From contig JALDTO010000213.1 in the NCBI GenBank assembly GCA_023515725.1, positions 186,001 through 250,000 of the forward strand: a stretch of 64,000 nt of DNA. Direction: 5' to 3'. A program made the position numbers and the translations under genes. Shown one piece after another: positions 16,487 through 29,759 of the stretch. Each line of letters starts with the position of its first letter. The stretch's first letter is position 1. Under the pieces are notes generated by a model, which was given only the letters and a program-made list of their open reading frames with translations, searched no databases and was not told the origin of the DNA. The stretch comes from Amoeboaphelidium protococcarum X5. Its lineage: Eukaryota > Fungi > Aphelidiomycota.

Positions 16487-19474
16487 ATGATGCCGTTTTA
16501 GGATTTGTTTCAGACGCACAATATTTGCAATCCTAAAACATTATGGTTCGCATTTCTTCTGCTATGCTCTCTTGGTTATCTAGTCAATATAGCACTGCAG
16601 AATAATATTTAGAACAAAGATGTGGGTAGATTCAAAGTTGCCCAGTAGATAATGGAAGAGTTTGAGCTGCCAGACTTGAGCCTCCGATCCAAGACATCAT
16701 CTGCCGGGATTGCCTCACTGAAGCCGAGTCAATGCGTCGACGTTATCCTAGAGACTAGCGACGATTACGCTGCAATGCGCAAGACGCTGATATCTTTGCA
16801 GGCTCAAGTATTCCAAAATTTTAATGTGCGCGTAATCAATGACTACTTCATGTCTGAAATGGTTGGCGCTGTGTAATCGCTTGCCTCTACCTACCGCTAG
16901 GCTCATTCGCCCTGCGATTACTGGAGACAGTTGGAAGTTGGTCAGGACTGTGATTACGTGCTCACCGTCAAATCTGGTCAAGAGTTTGTTGTTAGTTAGT
17001 CGCTGATGACGTTGGTTAAACTCGCCATGTCTAATAGCTCTGTGGACATTCTGCTGTTTGACTATCTCAATTCCTAGTCCAAATCTGTTCACGGATACAA
17101 GAATATAGAGTTCTTGGGCACTCTGGATGGATAGAGCTTTCTGTAGCACGCGTTTGTCAACACTGCCAGATTTAAATCTGTTATTGGGGCTCAAACTTCT
17201 GGGGAAGAGTACTGCAATGCATTGTCAAATTCTGCCGCACAGTTGAACTCTGCCTATTACCCCATAAATGCTCTCACTTTATCAGGATCTCTTGTAAAGA
17301 CATCTTCTATATCAAACAATCTGGCGCGACTGTCTTTGTCCAACCAATAGCATTTATTGGACAGTCGAAAGCCATTCGTGTCTGTTATCATCCCATACTA
17401 CAACAATGAGATGTATCTTAGAGAATCGCTAGACTGCTTGGAAAAGTAGAGCCTGTCAGACATGGAGGTCATACTGATCGATGATGGTTCAAACTAGAAA
17501 TCACATGATGAAATGATCAGTATTGTTAGTAGTTACAATACTGATATTAAAGTATGGACGTAGAAAAATCACGGTCTCTCCTATTCGAGAAATATCGGTG
17601 TGTTGATGGCGCAGGGTGAGTTCATCATCTTCTTTGATCCGGATGACTTGATCAACAGCACCACACTGGAAAAGTTGGCTTTGAAATTGACAGAGTACAA
17701 CGATGTGTCTTTTGTATATCCTGGTAGTGTTCACTTTGGAGAGTACAATTTTAAGGTTATGGATGAGTATGATGGAAATCGTCTACAGAAGGAGAATTAT
17801 TTGCCATCTTTTGCTATGATTAGACGATAGGATTACATCAATGCTGGTGGAATGGATGAGACGTTTGAAGGATGGGAGGACTATGACTTCTGGCTGCGTT
17901 TGCGTGGTATGGGCAAGCCTGGTAGGATACTTAGGGAAGAACTGTTCTATTACAGACGGCACAAGAACGGGATGACGGGGCAGATTGTCAAGAAGAATCC
18001 AAATGAGCAGCACTGGCTGGCGGAGCTGAAGAAACGAAACCCTCAAGCTTTTGGTTTACCGTTAACAGATGGAGCATTTTCCCTTGGTCGACTTGATGTA
18101 AGATACGCTAAATAGTATAACATCTCATTTGGTGATCGGCACTTGTCCGCATAAAGCGCTCGCTTATTAGCTGAATAGTAACAGGCTTAAAGTACTTTTG
18201 ATTATCAGACGCTGCGATTCAGAGTATCGTCCAACAATAAGCACTTTCGCTCATATAGTAACTAGACGGTTGTTCATGTGCTTTATAACATTCCTTATAT
18301 GGTGGTCGGTGGGTCGGAGAAGGTGGACTTGGATATTATTGAGGCTATGCACCAGAGCTTTAAGTCTCAATACTCCCCTGATGTAAAGTTCCATGTCACT
18401 ATAGTCACGGAGACTGATTGGAAAGGTCATGAATGGTTCGATAAGTTTGCCAGATTCGCGGACGATATCTTTCATCTCGATAGAGTGGCCAATGGTTGGG
18501 AAGGGCAGCTGAGACTGGTGGAGTATCTGATCTACTCGCGTCAAGTGGATGTGGTGTTTGTGCGTAATGGATACACTGGTTATAACTTGGCGCGAATGAT
18601 GAAGAACAGGGGAACGCAGGTCAAGTTTGTCGATCTTGTTCATCTTTACACTAACGACTATTCTTGGGATTCGCTGTCAGCTCCATTCCATCAGTACTTG
18701 GACAAGCGAGTAGTCATTAGTCAGGACTTGAGGAGGCATATGAATGTCAAGTATTAGCTGCCTGAGAAGGATTTCACTATAATTGACAATGGCATTGATC
18801 TCAATTTGTATAACAGGAGTAATGTAATCAAAATAAAGCAGAAAAGCTTTAGAACATGGTTGGGGATACCGGTCACTGCATAGGTTGTCGCATTCATAGG
18901 GCGAGTCGATTCGGAGAAAGACCCTGAGAAGTGGATACGAATAGCATCGGTGATTAAGCAGATGAATAATTCCACCTACTTCCTTGTCGTCGGCTCCGGT
19001 AATAAGCTTGAGGCGATGTAAGCTTTGGCTAAATAAGTTCAGCTAGAGCATGTATTCTTTCTGGGATATCAGGACAAGGTGGAGGAGATCATTGTGGAGA
19101 TCGACCTATTGCTTATGACTTCTATTTTTGAGGGTATACCGTTTACTGCTGTACAATGTCTCGCAATGGGAGTTCCTGTCGTGTCATCTAATGTTGGTGC
19201 ATTTAGGGAAATTGTTACTGATCACGTTAATGGTCAACTGCTAGATGTCAACGATAGTGTTGAGAATTATGCGTCTGCCGTTATACGGAATCTGGATTTG
19301 GTTATCTCTCAGGACAACATCACGGCTATAAGGACCAAGTTTGATAAGCGAAGAATGTAGGAGAATTATAGGTCTTTGATGTTCAATCTGGCACAAACTG
19401 TTGATAAAGACAAGAAGTATGCCGAGTTTACGCAGCATGCGGCTGTTCATGCTTTCACGCCTATAGAATATTGA
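16487..19474 (+). CDS. Type II membrane glycosyltransferase A: degenerate GT2 + GT2 + GT4, 995 aa
   Basis: N-terminal TM LWFAFLLLCSLGYLVNIAL; GT2 VSVIIPYYN...IDDGS...GLSYSRNIG...FFDPDD...GWEDYDFWLRL; GT4 IPYMVVGGSEK...FIGRVDSEKDP...SIFEGIPF...GVPVVSSNVG. Confidence 0.9.
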
Positions 19475-19568
19475 TACTGCTGAACAATAGAAAATAGATT
19501 AGTGAAATAGCAATTACCTTAAAGTTAGACTATCCACTATCCACTTATATAAAGTTTATTCTTTAGAA

Positions 19569-21345
19569 TCAATATTAGTCACTCTCATATCCCTTGATGG
19601 TGAATTTGGACGGTTGCTTACCATAGAGCGAAGATGACATTTTCGCTATGCGCTACAAATCAGACGAAGATAGAGCAGGTAAGTGTCGCAGAATTCTCTA
19701 AATACCGTCATAATTTGACATTGTCTTAATCATAGAGTTGGAGTTGCCGAAGCGGTAGTGATACATGGGCAACACAGGCTTTTCAAACCGGTAACCAGCA
19801 ATCAAGAAGCGAATCCAAAATTCCCAATCTTCATAACCAGTCCTGTCAGTCGTAAATCCTCCCATGGCACGCAATACATCAGCCTTGATCATAAAATTTG
19901 GTCCACCGAACGTATTGAGAAAGAATCCGGCAGGTAGTGGGCCACCAGCAACCAGCCAGTCTTCTCTACCAGTCGTCTACTACTCCGGCTTTGCAGCTGT
20001 GAAGAAGAGGGGTCTCACACAAATGGCATCCACTTTGGTACGTTAAAGTATTTGAAAAGTCTCCTTTACTTCCTGTGGCATCATCTAATCGTCACCATCC
20101 AAGAACATAATAAACTTGCCCGTAGCTGCTTTCATGCCCACATTACGAGACGCGCCCAGGTAAATGTTCTTCTCATTGCGAATCACGACAACCTTCCTGT
20201 TCTACTGGCTCAAGTTAGGCAATTATTAAAGAACTTTTTGATGATCTTTATCAGGCGAACAATCATCAATCACTAAAATCTCAATCTCACCCGGATAGTT
20301 TTGATTGATCACAGACTACACAGCGTCAACTAGCCATGACCCGTGATTATAGGTCGCAATCACAACTGAAATCTTCTCCAACTGAATAGCTTTGCCATCG
20401 TTCTAAGCTTTAGCATTGTAGTCAATGAGTCCAGTAATCAAGCCAGATATCTGTTGTAATTCGCTTATTGATAAAGTTACTGAACACAACGGTTAAGCCA
20501 CTGGCGATGATTAAAAAGATACCTCCTTATCGATGGACATAGAAAGCTACGCATTGTTAAACGTCTCCTTCTCGAACCACTCTATGATCATATCGTACGG
20601 ACTGGCGGTGAGTTCAGATATTCTTTGCAGACACTAGGCGTATGTCTCAGCAGCTATAGAAACTACCGGCAAGCTTTTAAAATGGGTGCCTTAATGCTTA
20701 GCAAGAGCCGTGTAATAGCCAATACCATGTGTAATGGACACTAAAATAGCATCACATTGACTCTCCGCGTTTTCTTAAAGCCATGCGAAAGCATCATATG
20801 AGTGTCGCAGCTAATCTAAACCAAAGACATCTTTCGCAAACCCCTTTACATGTTGAATGCGTATCTTTTTAGAGTCTTTTTTGAGCCCATGTACATGTGA
20901 AGCGTCTCCAGCATGTACCAGGGTGACAGAATGGCCTTGAGATTACAGATTCTCAGCAACTTGCTGGTTGATATGACCAGAGACTGACCAGCGCGGATCT
21001 TTGTGGCCAATCTTATCCCAATCTAGATCAGCATTACCATAGTCTTTGGTTACCATGCACACTCTCAGCTATTTATTAGATGCAACGGGAGCGAATGGGC
21101 ACTATTTCGGTGGACCATGTAGCGGCTCTGACGAATTCGAATCCGCTCTATCGTGGTTGTACTTGAGTGAGGTAAAGCTCTACATTAAGTTGTAATTGCA
21201 AATTAGATTTAAGATGGTGAATACCATATGGTCAATTAAGACTTACATGTAATAGAATGATGAAAACCGCGCCATAACACAAGGTCAAGATGATTTATCT
21301 GTTTGATCTACCCATGTACATCTCCTATAGATTTTACTTGTTCAT
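19569..21345 (-). CDS. Type II membrane glycosyltransferase B: GT4-N-like half domain + GT2, 569 aa, one intron 21180-21246
   Basis: TM IILTLCYGAVFIILLH; LRVCMVTKDYG...GHSVTLVH...SYDAFAWL...GIGYYTALAKHQG; GT2 ISVVIATYN...IDDCS...YLGASRNVG...FLDGDD...GYEDWEFW. Confidence 0.85.
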
Positions 21346-21438
21346 AGTTTCACAGTAGGCTAAAAATATTCTATGCGAATTGAGGCTGTTGTACAGTAAA
21401 ATGGCTGAATGGAACTATTTTCACTTCACTTCATATCT

Positions 21439-21611
21439 CCATGCCAACCTACTGTATACCTGGGTACTCGCGCTATTTATAAACGGCCTAGCAATGCAAT
21501 GGTAGTTCCATGCTTGATTTTGATGTTTCCATGTCAACATACCGTACTTAGATACTCACACTATTTATAGATGGCCTAGCAATCCAGTAGTAGGTCCATG
21601 TTCGATTTGAT
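21439..21611. repeat. Degenerate ~90-bp tandem duplication in the divergent promoter between GT-B and GT-C
   Basis: Unit 1 (21439) ccatgccaacctactgta...ctatttataaacggcctagcaatgcaatggtagttccatgcttgattt; unit 2 (21529) ccatgtcaacataccgta...ctatttatagatggcctagcaatccagtagtaggtccatgttcgattt; each carries TATTTATA (TATAAATA on minus strand). Confidence 0.8.
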
Positions 21612-21677
21612 TAACTTTAATCTTGCCCATAGTATTACGAGCACATTCAGAGCACTAGTAGTAAAAGTTAGCATATC

Positions 21678-24620
21678 ATGTTCGTTTAGCGATTTAGAAG
21701 GTTACGTCGATCCATACTGGTTGTTGGGTTGATTTTGTACGTTCTGGTCATGCTGTTCTCTGGCAATGGCAATGCTTAACTAAAGAGAGCTAGCAAAAGA
21801 ATATTTGGCGGTAAAGTATACTCATATGGTGGGCGTGATTTTGAGATAGTTCCCTATGCTCATTCTATTCAAGGCGCAGTTTTGAACAAGGTCGACTCGG
21901 ATGCGTAGGCGTCTTGTGTTCACATTATGGTGCATGGAGATATTGCTAATCGGCAATTGTTGAATGCAACTTTATACTCCATCACTTAACAATCGTTTGC
22001 TGATGTGCAAGTTTCTATACTGTCTGAAGATCAACGAGGGCGTGACTTGAGTGTCGCGCGTGACTGCTCTGGCACGATGACTATGGTTGTTCAGTCTGCT
22101 TGTCGCTGGACGATGGCTCTAAAGGCTGGTGAGACGTTTAGTAGTAGAGATGCGTTGGAAGACGCTATGGCTTCTATAGTTGTTGTTGAGAATAAGTATG
22201 AGATTGTTGCACTTGATGGAGATGAGTAGTAGCCGCGTGATTATCTGTCGCTTTAAACTGAATGGCGGAACGTTATGAAATTGGTCTATGGTGGAGATTT
22301 TGCTTTGTCTAATACTATAACTGACATTGCAGCACTTAGAGCTAGTCTTGGCAATGTGGCTCAATTACAATGTGCTGCTTTATATGATGAAATTGCGTAA
22401 ATGGCAATATTTGATCGAAGGATTAGTATAATCTCTGGTAGAATCTCTCAGTTGGGCCACCAGTACTAGACAAGGCTGAAGTTGATCGACAACCGTATCG
22501 CTGAAGACATGCTTAACAAGAGGCCGCCTTTGGTATCAGTTATAGTTCCCTATTATAATAGCGGTATCTATGCACAAGAGTCCTTCGAAGCCCTTTCTGC
22601 TTAGAGTTTTAGCGACTTGGAGATAATAATCGTAAACGATGGTTCAAGCAATCGCGAGCGTCAACTCTTGGATGCATCGATACAGAGCACATTAAGTAAC
22701 TGGAATGTGAGAGTTGTTAGTCAACAAAATCGTGGACTATCCTATGCGCGTAACATTGGTGCACTGCATGCCAAGGGAGAGTTTATCATCTTCTTTGATC
22801 CGGATGATCTTATCAATGCCACCACGATCGAGAAGCTGGCGTTAAAGTTGTGCGAACATAAAGACGCGACGTATATCTTCCCTGGTTCAGTGCATTTTGG
22901 GGAATTCAATCAAGTAATCTTGAAGGAGTTCGACAGAAAGAAGTTACTGGAAGAGAATTATCTTCCCTCATTCGCAATGGTCAATAGACAGGATTACATT
23001 ATGGCTGGTGGCATGGACGAAACATTTAATGGCTGGGAGGATTATGACTTTTGGTTGAGACTGCTTGGTGAGAACAAGCATGGCAAGTTGCTGAATGAAA
23101 AGCTGTTCTTTTACAGGCGTCATAAAAATGGTATGACTGGGAAAATTATCAGTCAGAAGCTGAATTCTGATCAGCTAAAGGAGCAGCTGGTTAAGCGTAA
23201 TGCGAAAGCTTATGGTTAGTAATCTAGCGCTGGAGCTGGCCACAAGATTAAGCGATTAGATCAACGTTATTATCAAAAGTTCAACGTATCTCTGTCTAAT
23301 AACGTGCAATTCGGTGGTCATATTGATGACAGAGATGTTACCTTTCAATCGCAGCCTGTCTATGATTACCCATCCTTATCAATGCGCAACTTGAGATAAC
23401 CAAAGACTCAGGATGTTATTAACGTGCTGTACATGATCCCCTATATGACCGTTGGTGGAGCGGAGTAAGTTGATATTGATGTGATTCATGCTCTTGCCAC
23501 CGCTGCCAAATATGGCGGGCATCAAAAATTTAGAGTTACCGTTGTGACTGAAGATGAAAGCAAAGTGCACGTCTGGGAAGATCGGTTTTCTCCTTGGTGT
23601 CATGAAATTTTTCATTTGGGAAAAATTGCTAATGGCTGGCAAAGTAGTATGCGATTAGTTGAATACCTGATCTACTCTAGAGCCATTGATGTTGTATTCG
23701 TCCGCAATAACTATCTTGGATACAACATAGCCAGAAAGTTTAAATAAGATTACAACTCACAAGTCAAGTTTATTGATCTCATTCATTTGTACGCCATACA
23801 TGCTGCATGGGATGGATACTCTGTCGATTATCATAAATTTCTGGATTCACGCGTTCTTATAAGTGATGATCTACATCAATATATGCAAGACAAGTTTCGC
23901 TTACCGGCAGATGACTTTACTGTGATTTATAATGGAATTGATCTTGATTAGTATAACAAAGACAAGATTTCAGTGCTGCGGCAGGTGAACTTGAGAAAGA
24001 AGTTGGGCATACCGGCCAAGTCTCCCATTGTGGCATTCGTAGGTAGAGTGGACGAGCAGAAAGATCCAGAGAAGTGGATGCGCATTGCAGCACATATACA
24101 GAGAGTCAATAATGCAGAAATTCACTTTGTTGTCATTGGTAATGGTGATAAGATGCCAATAATGCAAAGTCTAGAGCTGTCTCTAGAAATAAAGCGTGTG
24201 CACTTTGTCGGACACGTTGATCATGTTGAGCACTATTTGGTTGATGTTGATGTTCTCCTGATCACTTCAATATATGAAGGTGTCCCATTTACTGCTATTT
24301 ATGCGGCATCTCTTGGTATACCAATAGTGGCCTCCAGAGTGGGCGGCATTGCTGAGGTAGTTTATGACGGTGAAAATGGCAAACTGCTGGACGTGAAAGC
24401 GCCAATTGATGCTTACGCAAAAGCTGTATCTGATACTATTAATATGAAAGAGGATCAGTAGGTGATTAAAAAGGTTAGATCCAAGTTTGATATATCTATA
24501 ATGCGCTCACGTTATGTTGAGCTATTTACATCTGTGGCGTCTGGAATTGATTAGAACAAATTGCGTAATGAGCGAATGTCAAAAGCTTTCATGGAAGCAA
24601 TTGGCTCATCCGAAGTTTGA
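21678..24620 (+). CDS. Type II membrane glycosyltransferase C (paralog of A): degenerate GT2 + GT2 + GT4, 980 aa
   Basis: RRLRRS followed by TM ILVVGLILYVLVMLF; shares long blocks with GT-A (GEFIIFFDPDDLIN, PGSVHFGE, ENYLPSFAM, GWEDYDFWLRL, YRRHKNGMTG, KDPEKW). Confidence 0.9.
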
Positions 24621-24912
24621 TGGAAAACGAAGTTTATGTCGTAAATAGATGGCTTATATTAAAATTTTATTTCTCTGAATTTAATGAAATTTATCTTTTC
24701 TAAGTACCTCCTCTTGATTATGCACTCATATCGCGTCACTTGTAAATTGAATGGTTCTGATTAAGATTCGCATCCTATCAACACATCAAAACACTTGAAA
24801 TTGTATCTACTTTTTAAGAGTATAATGTCATTTTAAATGCGACTCAAATCAAATGAAGATTCTACCGTAAATGCCAGTCTATCAGGCATAGAATAAATAG
24901 CAGAATATATAC

Positions 24913-24935
24913 AGAGAGAGAGAGAGTGAGAGAGA
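24913..24935. repeat. (GA)n microsatellite upstream of delta-COP
   Basis: agagagagagagagtgagagaga seen directly. Confidence 0.7.
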
Positions 24936-25166
24936 TAGCGTACGAATGTTGGTGTTTCTGATTCTTCAAACAAGTCGTTCGTTCGCGGCGCTCTTTTTGA
25001 AAACTGTCGATTCTCGTTCTTTCTTAATCATAACTACGAGTTGTTGTCTTAGAGCTACTGTATCGTTGTACTTTAGTTAACCTAAAATCTCTTGCTCTTT
25101 ATATATATATATCGTTCGCTTTTAATAGTAGTGAGTGCAAGCTTCTGTTATTAAATATTGCAAGTT

Positions 25167-27113
25167 ATGGTTGTTCTATCTGCTAGTATTTGTACAAAGA
25201 GCGGGAATGGTAAGTTGGCTTGCGAATTCTGAATGTCTTACTTGACTTTTAACATGACGGATGTGTGTATGCGCGCATTCATACCATGTTATATTATGTG
25301 TGTAGCCGTGGTTAGTCGATAATTTATTGAAGTTGGACGAAGCAGAATTGAGGGACTACTCGCCTCTTTTCCCAAGTTGATAAGTAGCGGGTAGTAACAC
25401 ACATTTGTTGAGACTGATAGTGTTCGCTTCGTGTACCAACCATTGGATGAACTTTACATGGTAAGCTATCTAGTTATTTAGTAATGGCAATACCTAAGTT
25501 GTGATTTTATGATTTACGGTCTCCTCTGATGGAGCGAGGGCTGTGTTACGTATTTATGTATATCTGTAGGTACTGATAACTAACAAGTAGTCTAATATAT
25601 TGCAGGATATTGATACCCTCCACCTTTTTGCTAGGACTGCATCCGACCTGTGTAAGAGTATGAAAGTTGTAGAAGTGGCAGGCTAGGCTTTTGACCTGAT
25701 CATGGCATTTGATGAAATTGTATCAGCTGGTGGACTGCGCGAAAACGTTGACTTATCCCAGATTAGGACCAACATCGCCATGGAGAGTCATGAAGAGAAG
25801 CTGGCCGAGATTATGTAGAAGAATAAGGAGCGGGAAGCTGCTGAGGCTGCCAAGAAGAAGGCTAAAGAGTTTGAGATTTAGAAGAGAGCCGAGCGTGCAA
25901 TGAAGGCTGCAATGGGTGGTAGTAGTAGTGGTGGCATGGGTTCCGCTTATTCTTCACTCTAGTAGTCCAAAGTGTCGCCTGGAAGTGGTATGGGCGGCTC
26001 TCAGTATGGTGGCAGATAGGATACTGGAAGTTTTGGCTCTGGTGGGAGTGGTGTCGGACTGGCCACACCTAGTAATACTGCTGCTTTGGCGGCCAACGCT
26101 CCCAAGAAGGGACTATAGCTGGGATCCAAATAGAAGATGGGCGGCATGTTTGACACTATCCGCCAAGATGAAGGTATCCCCAATGTGCCTGCTTTATCCT
26201 AACAGCCAGGTGGATTGTCCGGTAATGGAAATGTATCTATGACTAGCTCTATTGGTGCCACTTCTCCTCAATAGCAATAACAATCGTATCAGTCATAGCC
26301 ATAGAGTGCCAGCAATGAAGCTGTTCAGGTTGTTATTGATGAAAAGATTATCGCCACCCTGCACAGAGATGGAGGTCTTGAGAATCTTGATGTAAAAGGT
26401 GAGATGACTTTGAGATGTCAAGATGCGAACAAGGCCAAGTTGAAGCTGCAGGTGTAAGCTGTGGATGAGCCTAATCTTACCTTCAAGACTCATCCACACG
26501 TTGATAAATAGTTGTGGTCAAGTAGTCATGTTATCACGACTAAAGATGCCAATAAGTCGTTTCCTCTCAATTAGAATTTGCCAGTGCTAAAGTGGAGGTA
26601 TTCGAGTAAAGACGAGAGTATGGTGCCGCTGTCTGTAAGTGTGTGGCCATCTGTGAGCGGTAATGGATCGCTGGACTGCAGTCTGGAGTATGAGCTTTTA
26701 TCCGAGAAGCTGGTCATGAAGAATGTAGTCATCTCTATTCCTGTGCCGTAAGTTTAACGTATTATCTTACTGTATATCATTTCATACATTGTGTGTGTGC
26801 ATCTGTGTGTAGAGCGTTGCCAAAGATTAATAATTGCGATGGAGATTATCAATTGACGAACGGTTAGAAGACATTGGAGTGGAGAGTGTTGTTAATAGAC
26901 GCAGACAGCCCATCAGGAACATTGGAGTTTAGCATTAAAGGCACTGAGGATGTTAATGCGTTGTTCCCAGTCAAAGTTTAGTTCAACAGCGATATGTCGT
27001 TCTGTGCAGTTGCTTTGACAAAAGTTCTTAACGGTAGCAATGGAGGTGGGGAAGCTCCTGTTGCTCACTCTAAAATCGTCTCCCTCTCTGCTGAGGACTA
27101 TACAATTGTGTGA
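25167..27113 (+). CDS. ARCN1: Coatomer subunit delta, 558 aa; introns 25210-25305, 25461-25569, 26748-26812
   Basis: MVVLSASICTKSG, SR[TAA]F, RIEGLLASFPKL, [TAA]HTFVETDSVRFVYQP, SNILQDIDTLHLF, MESHEEK, mu-homology domain FKTHPHVDK...VLKWR...PLSVSVWP. Confidence 0.96.
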
Positions 27114-27234
27114 GACGCTTTATTTTGCTGATAAAAATAATAATTTCATATGAATTGAATATCTTTACTAAACGCGATACATCTTTTACATGTTCAACTT
27201 ATTTATTTCAACCAATCAATTAGATCCGCATTGG

Positions 27235-29103
27235 TCACTTGGTGGACTGAAGATTCAGGGCAGATAGATGTTAATGTAAAAGTGGATTACTCTGAGACTA
27301 CTATTACTGATGCGGTTATTATTGCTATTATACCGCAACTTTGGGATATAATTGCATTGAGGCTAGGCGGATGACGCGACATAATCTCTACCAACTCTCG
27401 CTAGTCTTATGAACCACATCATCTTCAAGAATTTTGTTATTGACACTATTCAAACTAGTCTGACTGGCAGTTTTATGAAATGGGAACAAGCTTGGTTATA
27501 TAGTGTCACCAGGTGCAGCTGAGAATTCTTATTGCGTCTACAACTTCTACTATTACTGATTGTCCTGCACATTCTATTTCTAATTACCCCCAGCTTGCAA
27601 TTACTACTACATCTTGAGCCATTAAACATACGAAATCCATCCAACTTCAATACTCGTCATAGTGATAGAAAAATCCTGCATGGACCATCCAGCATTGCAG
27701 CACGGCTCTAGAATCTTTTCAAATAAAGTAACTAGGAAATTCTTTAGCTCTTTACTATTATTAAGCGAAGATCCAATAGACACCACACTTTTCACCAACT
27801 ACTTCAGCACTGACGGATAACTATTACCGCTAGCACTAATGCTATTCACATTCCAACTCTGTTATTGCGACTGCAACTGATACTATTGTTACAACTATGC
27901 GGCAACTAAACTTGATAATTGCAATGTGTTTTAACTATCAGCAGGATTATTACTAGAGGAAGTGGGGTCGCCGATGGTGGAGGCAATAAGAGAGTTCATC
28001 ACAACCAGTCTGAAATCCTCGCTGATATCCTTAGAGTTATAGTAGTACTTCAATTCCTTGATATCTGACACCAATTTGGGATCCACATCTTCCACATACT
28101 GGTCCGCATCAAGGACGTTGGAAGCAAGATCACTATTCAACCCCAGATATTATTGCTATTATTAGTATTACTATTGAATGCGCTGATTCTAGTTGCTAGT
28201 ACCTTGAGAATGTTGGAGTTGTTTTTACTATTACTATTGTTATTGCTGCTCCAACTAATCGTATTACAGCGTCCAATTATCTAAAATCAAACCACCAATG
28301 TACTCCAGGTCTTTGTAATCACACACATTCAACTTGGCAGACTTGTTAATGCAAGAGTCTATACGGGAATCATACATGAACGTGATAATTGAGTACCGTC
28401 TCACAAGATCAGCAGGTAGCTAATAGTACACGGATAACACTCGATCATACGGCATTTTCAACTCTTCCACCTTCTTACTTATGCGCCTGATGTTGTCCAC
28501 CAAACGCTTGATACTACCCACACTTACACTGCATTTTAAGGCAATTTCGTCCAACTCTTTACGTACAGATTTGTTCAACAACAATCGTCCTCGCATAACT
28601 TTACCCGCAGCACCTTGCCCAGATGATGATTGAATGGAAGACACGAAGCCTTTCAATTTCCTACCAAATAATTCTCTCATAACACCTTCATTAAAATCAT
28701 AATACATTTGCACCATGACGTTCATCACTTTCAAGTGCGGATGCTTCAATATTAACGCGCCTTGTTAATCACACAGTTCCGCAGTCTACTACTATGGATT
28801 TGATAGAGATAATAATTCATCGCCAGGCAGATGATGTAATTATTGAGACTTGAAAGCTATAGGATGATGGAGATAATGTTCTAGCTGTTTAAATAGAATG
28901 TACTGCGAGGTGATAAATTTAGAATTAGAATATTGATGTAGACCTTTCAGCACAAGATTCTACTGAGCATCTTCTACACTTTAGCCTCCAAGCCAGCACT
29001 GATACACGTACGGAATTGGGATCTGGCCATTCACCCACAGAACATTCCATTCTGACTAATACTGATGACCTCCAGGAAATCTACTACCACCGTAGTCTGG
29101 CAT
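27235..29103 (-). CDS. FIBP: FIBP-like (acidic FGF intracellular-binding protein family) with Q/N-rich insertions, 622 aa
   Basis: VYQCWLGGQSVEDA, SQYILFKQLEHYLHHP, YYDFNEGVMRELFGRKL, LDEIA...KRLVDNIRRISKKVEE, KELRNFL, WQRL near the C-terminus. Confidence 0.8.
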
Positions 29104-29566
29104 ACTTATATTATTTATGTTCAAAATAGAATATATATAAAAAAACTTTTGAAGCCGTAACAGGAAAGAAGCGACAAGTTAGTGTGGCAGGGCTACACAA
29201 TATTCTGAACGATGAAAAAGACAAAGAGCCAACGGGACATCAATTCGACATATTCAAAGTACTGAATTGGCAAAAAGTCAATCGACAACTCTCTACATTC
29301 CCTTGCCATCTCTGATCAAAGTACTACTAGAGCCCGACAAATCTTGACTACTGAGATCGAAACGAGTTCAGGTAGATCATTTGTGGTATGATCGTCGATG
29401 AATGTTAGCACACGCGTCAATCAAGTATCAACAGAAGACTCTGTGGGGCTTAGATGATCAACATTGTTTCAAGTGCGCGCCTCTTTCATCAATTAGATCT
29501 CGAATAGGCAAGTATCTGCAGTATATATGCGCGCCTCTTATGAACATTGATTTCTTTCACTTAACG

Positions 29567-29759
29567 TGTTATTAGAGTATTTATCTTATTGACATATTTA
29601 TCTTCTTGTACTTGTGCTGGTGTCTCTGTTTGACACTCTGTCTTTGTATATAACTTCCTGTCTGTTCCTATTGTGTATATAATCTGTCCCAAGTTAAAAT
29701 GAATTAATAATCTCATGCTATTCAAGTAAGCAATTGCTATTTTACAATGTTGCTCAACA
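29567..29759 (-). mobile_element. Possible solo LTR of a related copia family
   Basis: 193-bp AT-rich segment with the same termini as the intact element's LTR (+ strand TGTTA...GCTCAACA); no clear 5-bp TSD and no visible interior similarity. Confidence 0.35.

Noticed and set aside
16487-24620. Bacterial contamination as the origin of the GT cluster
   Set aside because: The genes use TAR=Gln, one has a spliceosomal intron with the host TGTAG acceptor, and they are contiguous with NDUFAF6 and delta-COP.
25461-25569. Possible intronic C/D snoRNA in the longest delta-COP intron
   Set aside because: Only a CTGA and a poor C-box-like sequence; no terminal stem or recognisable rRNA complement.
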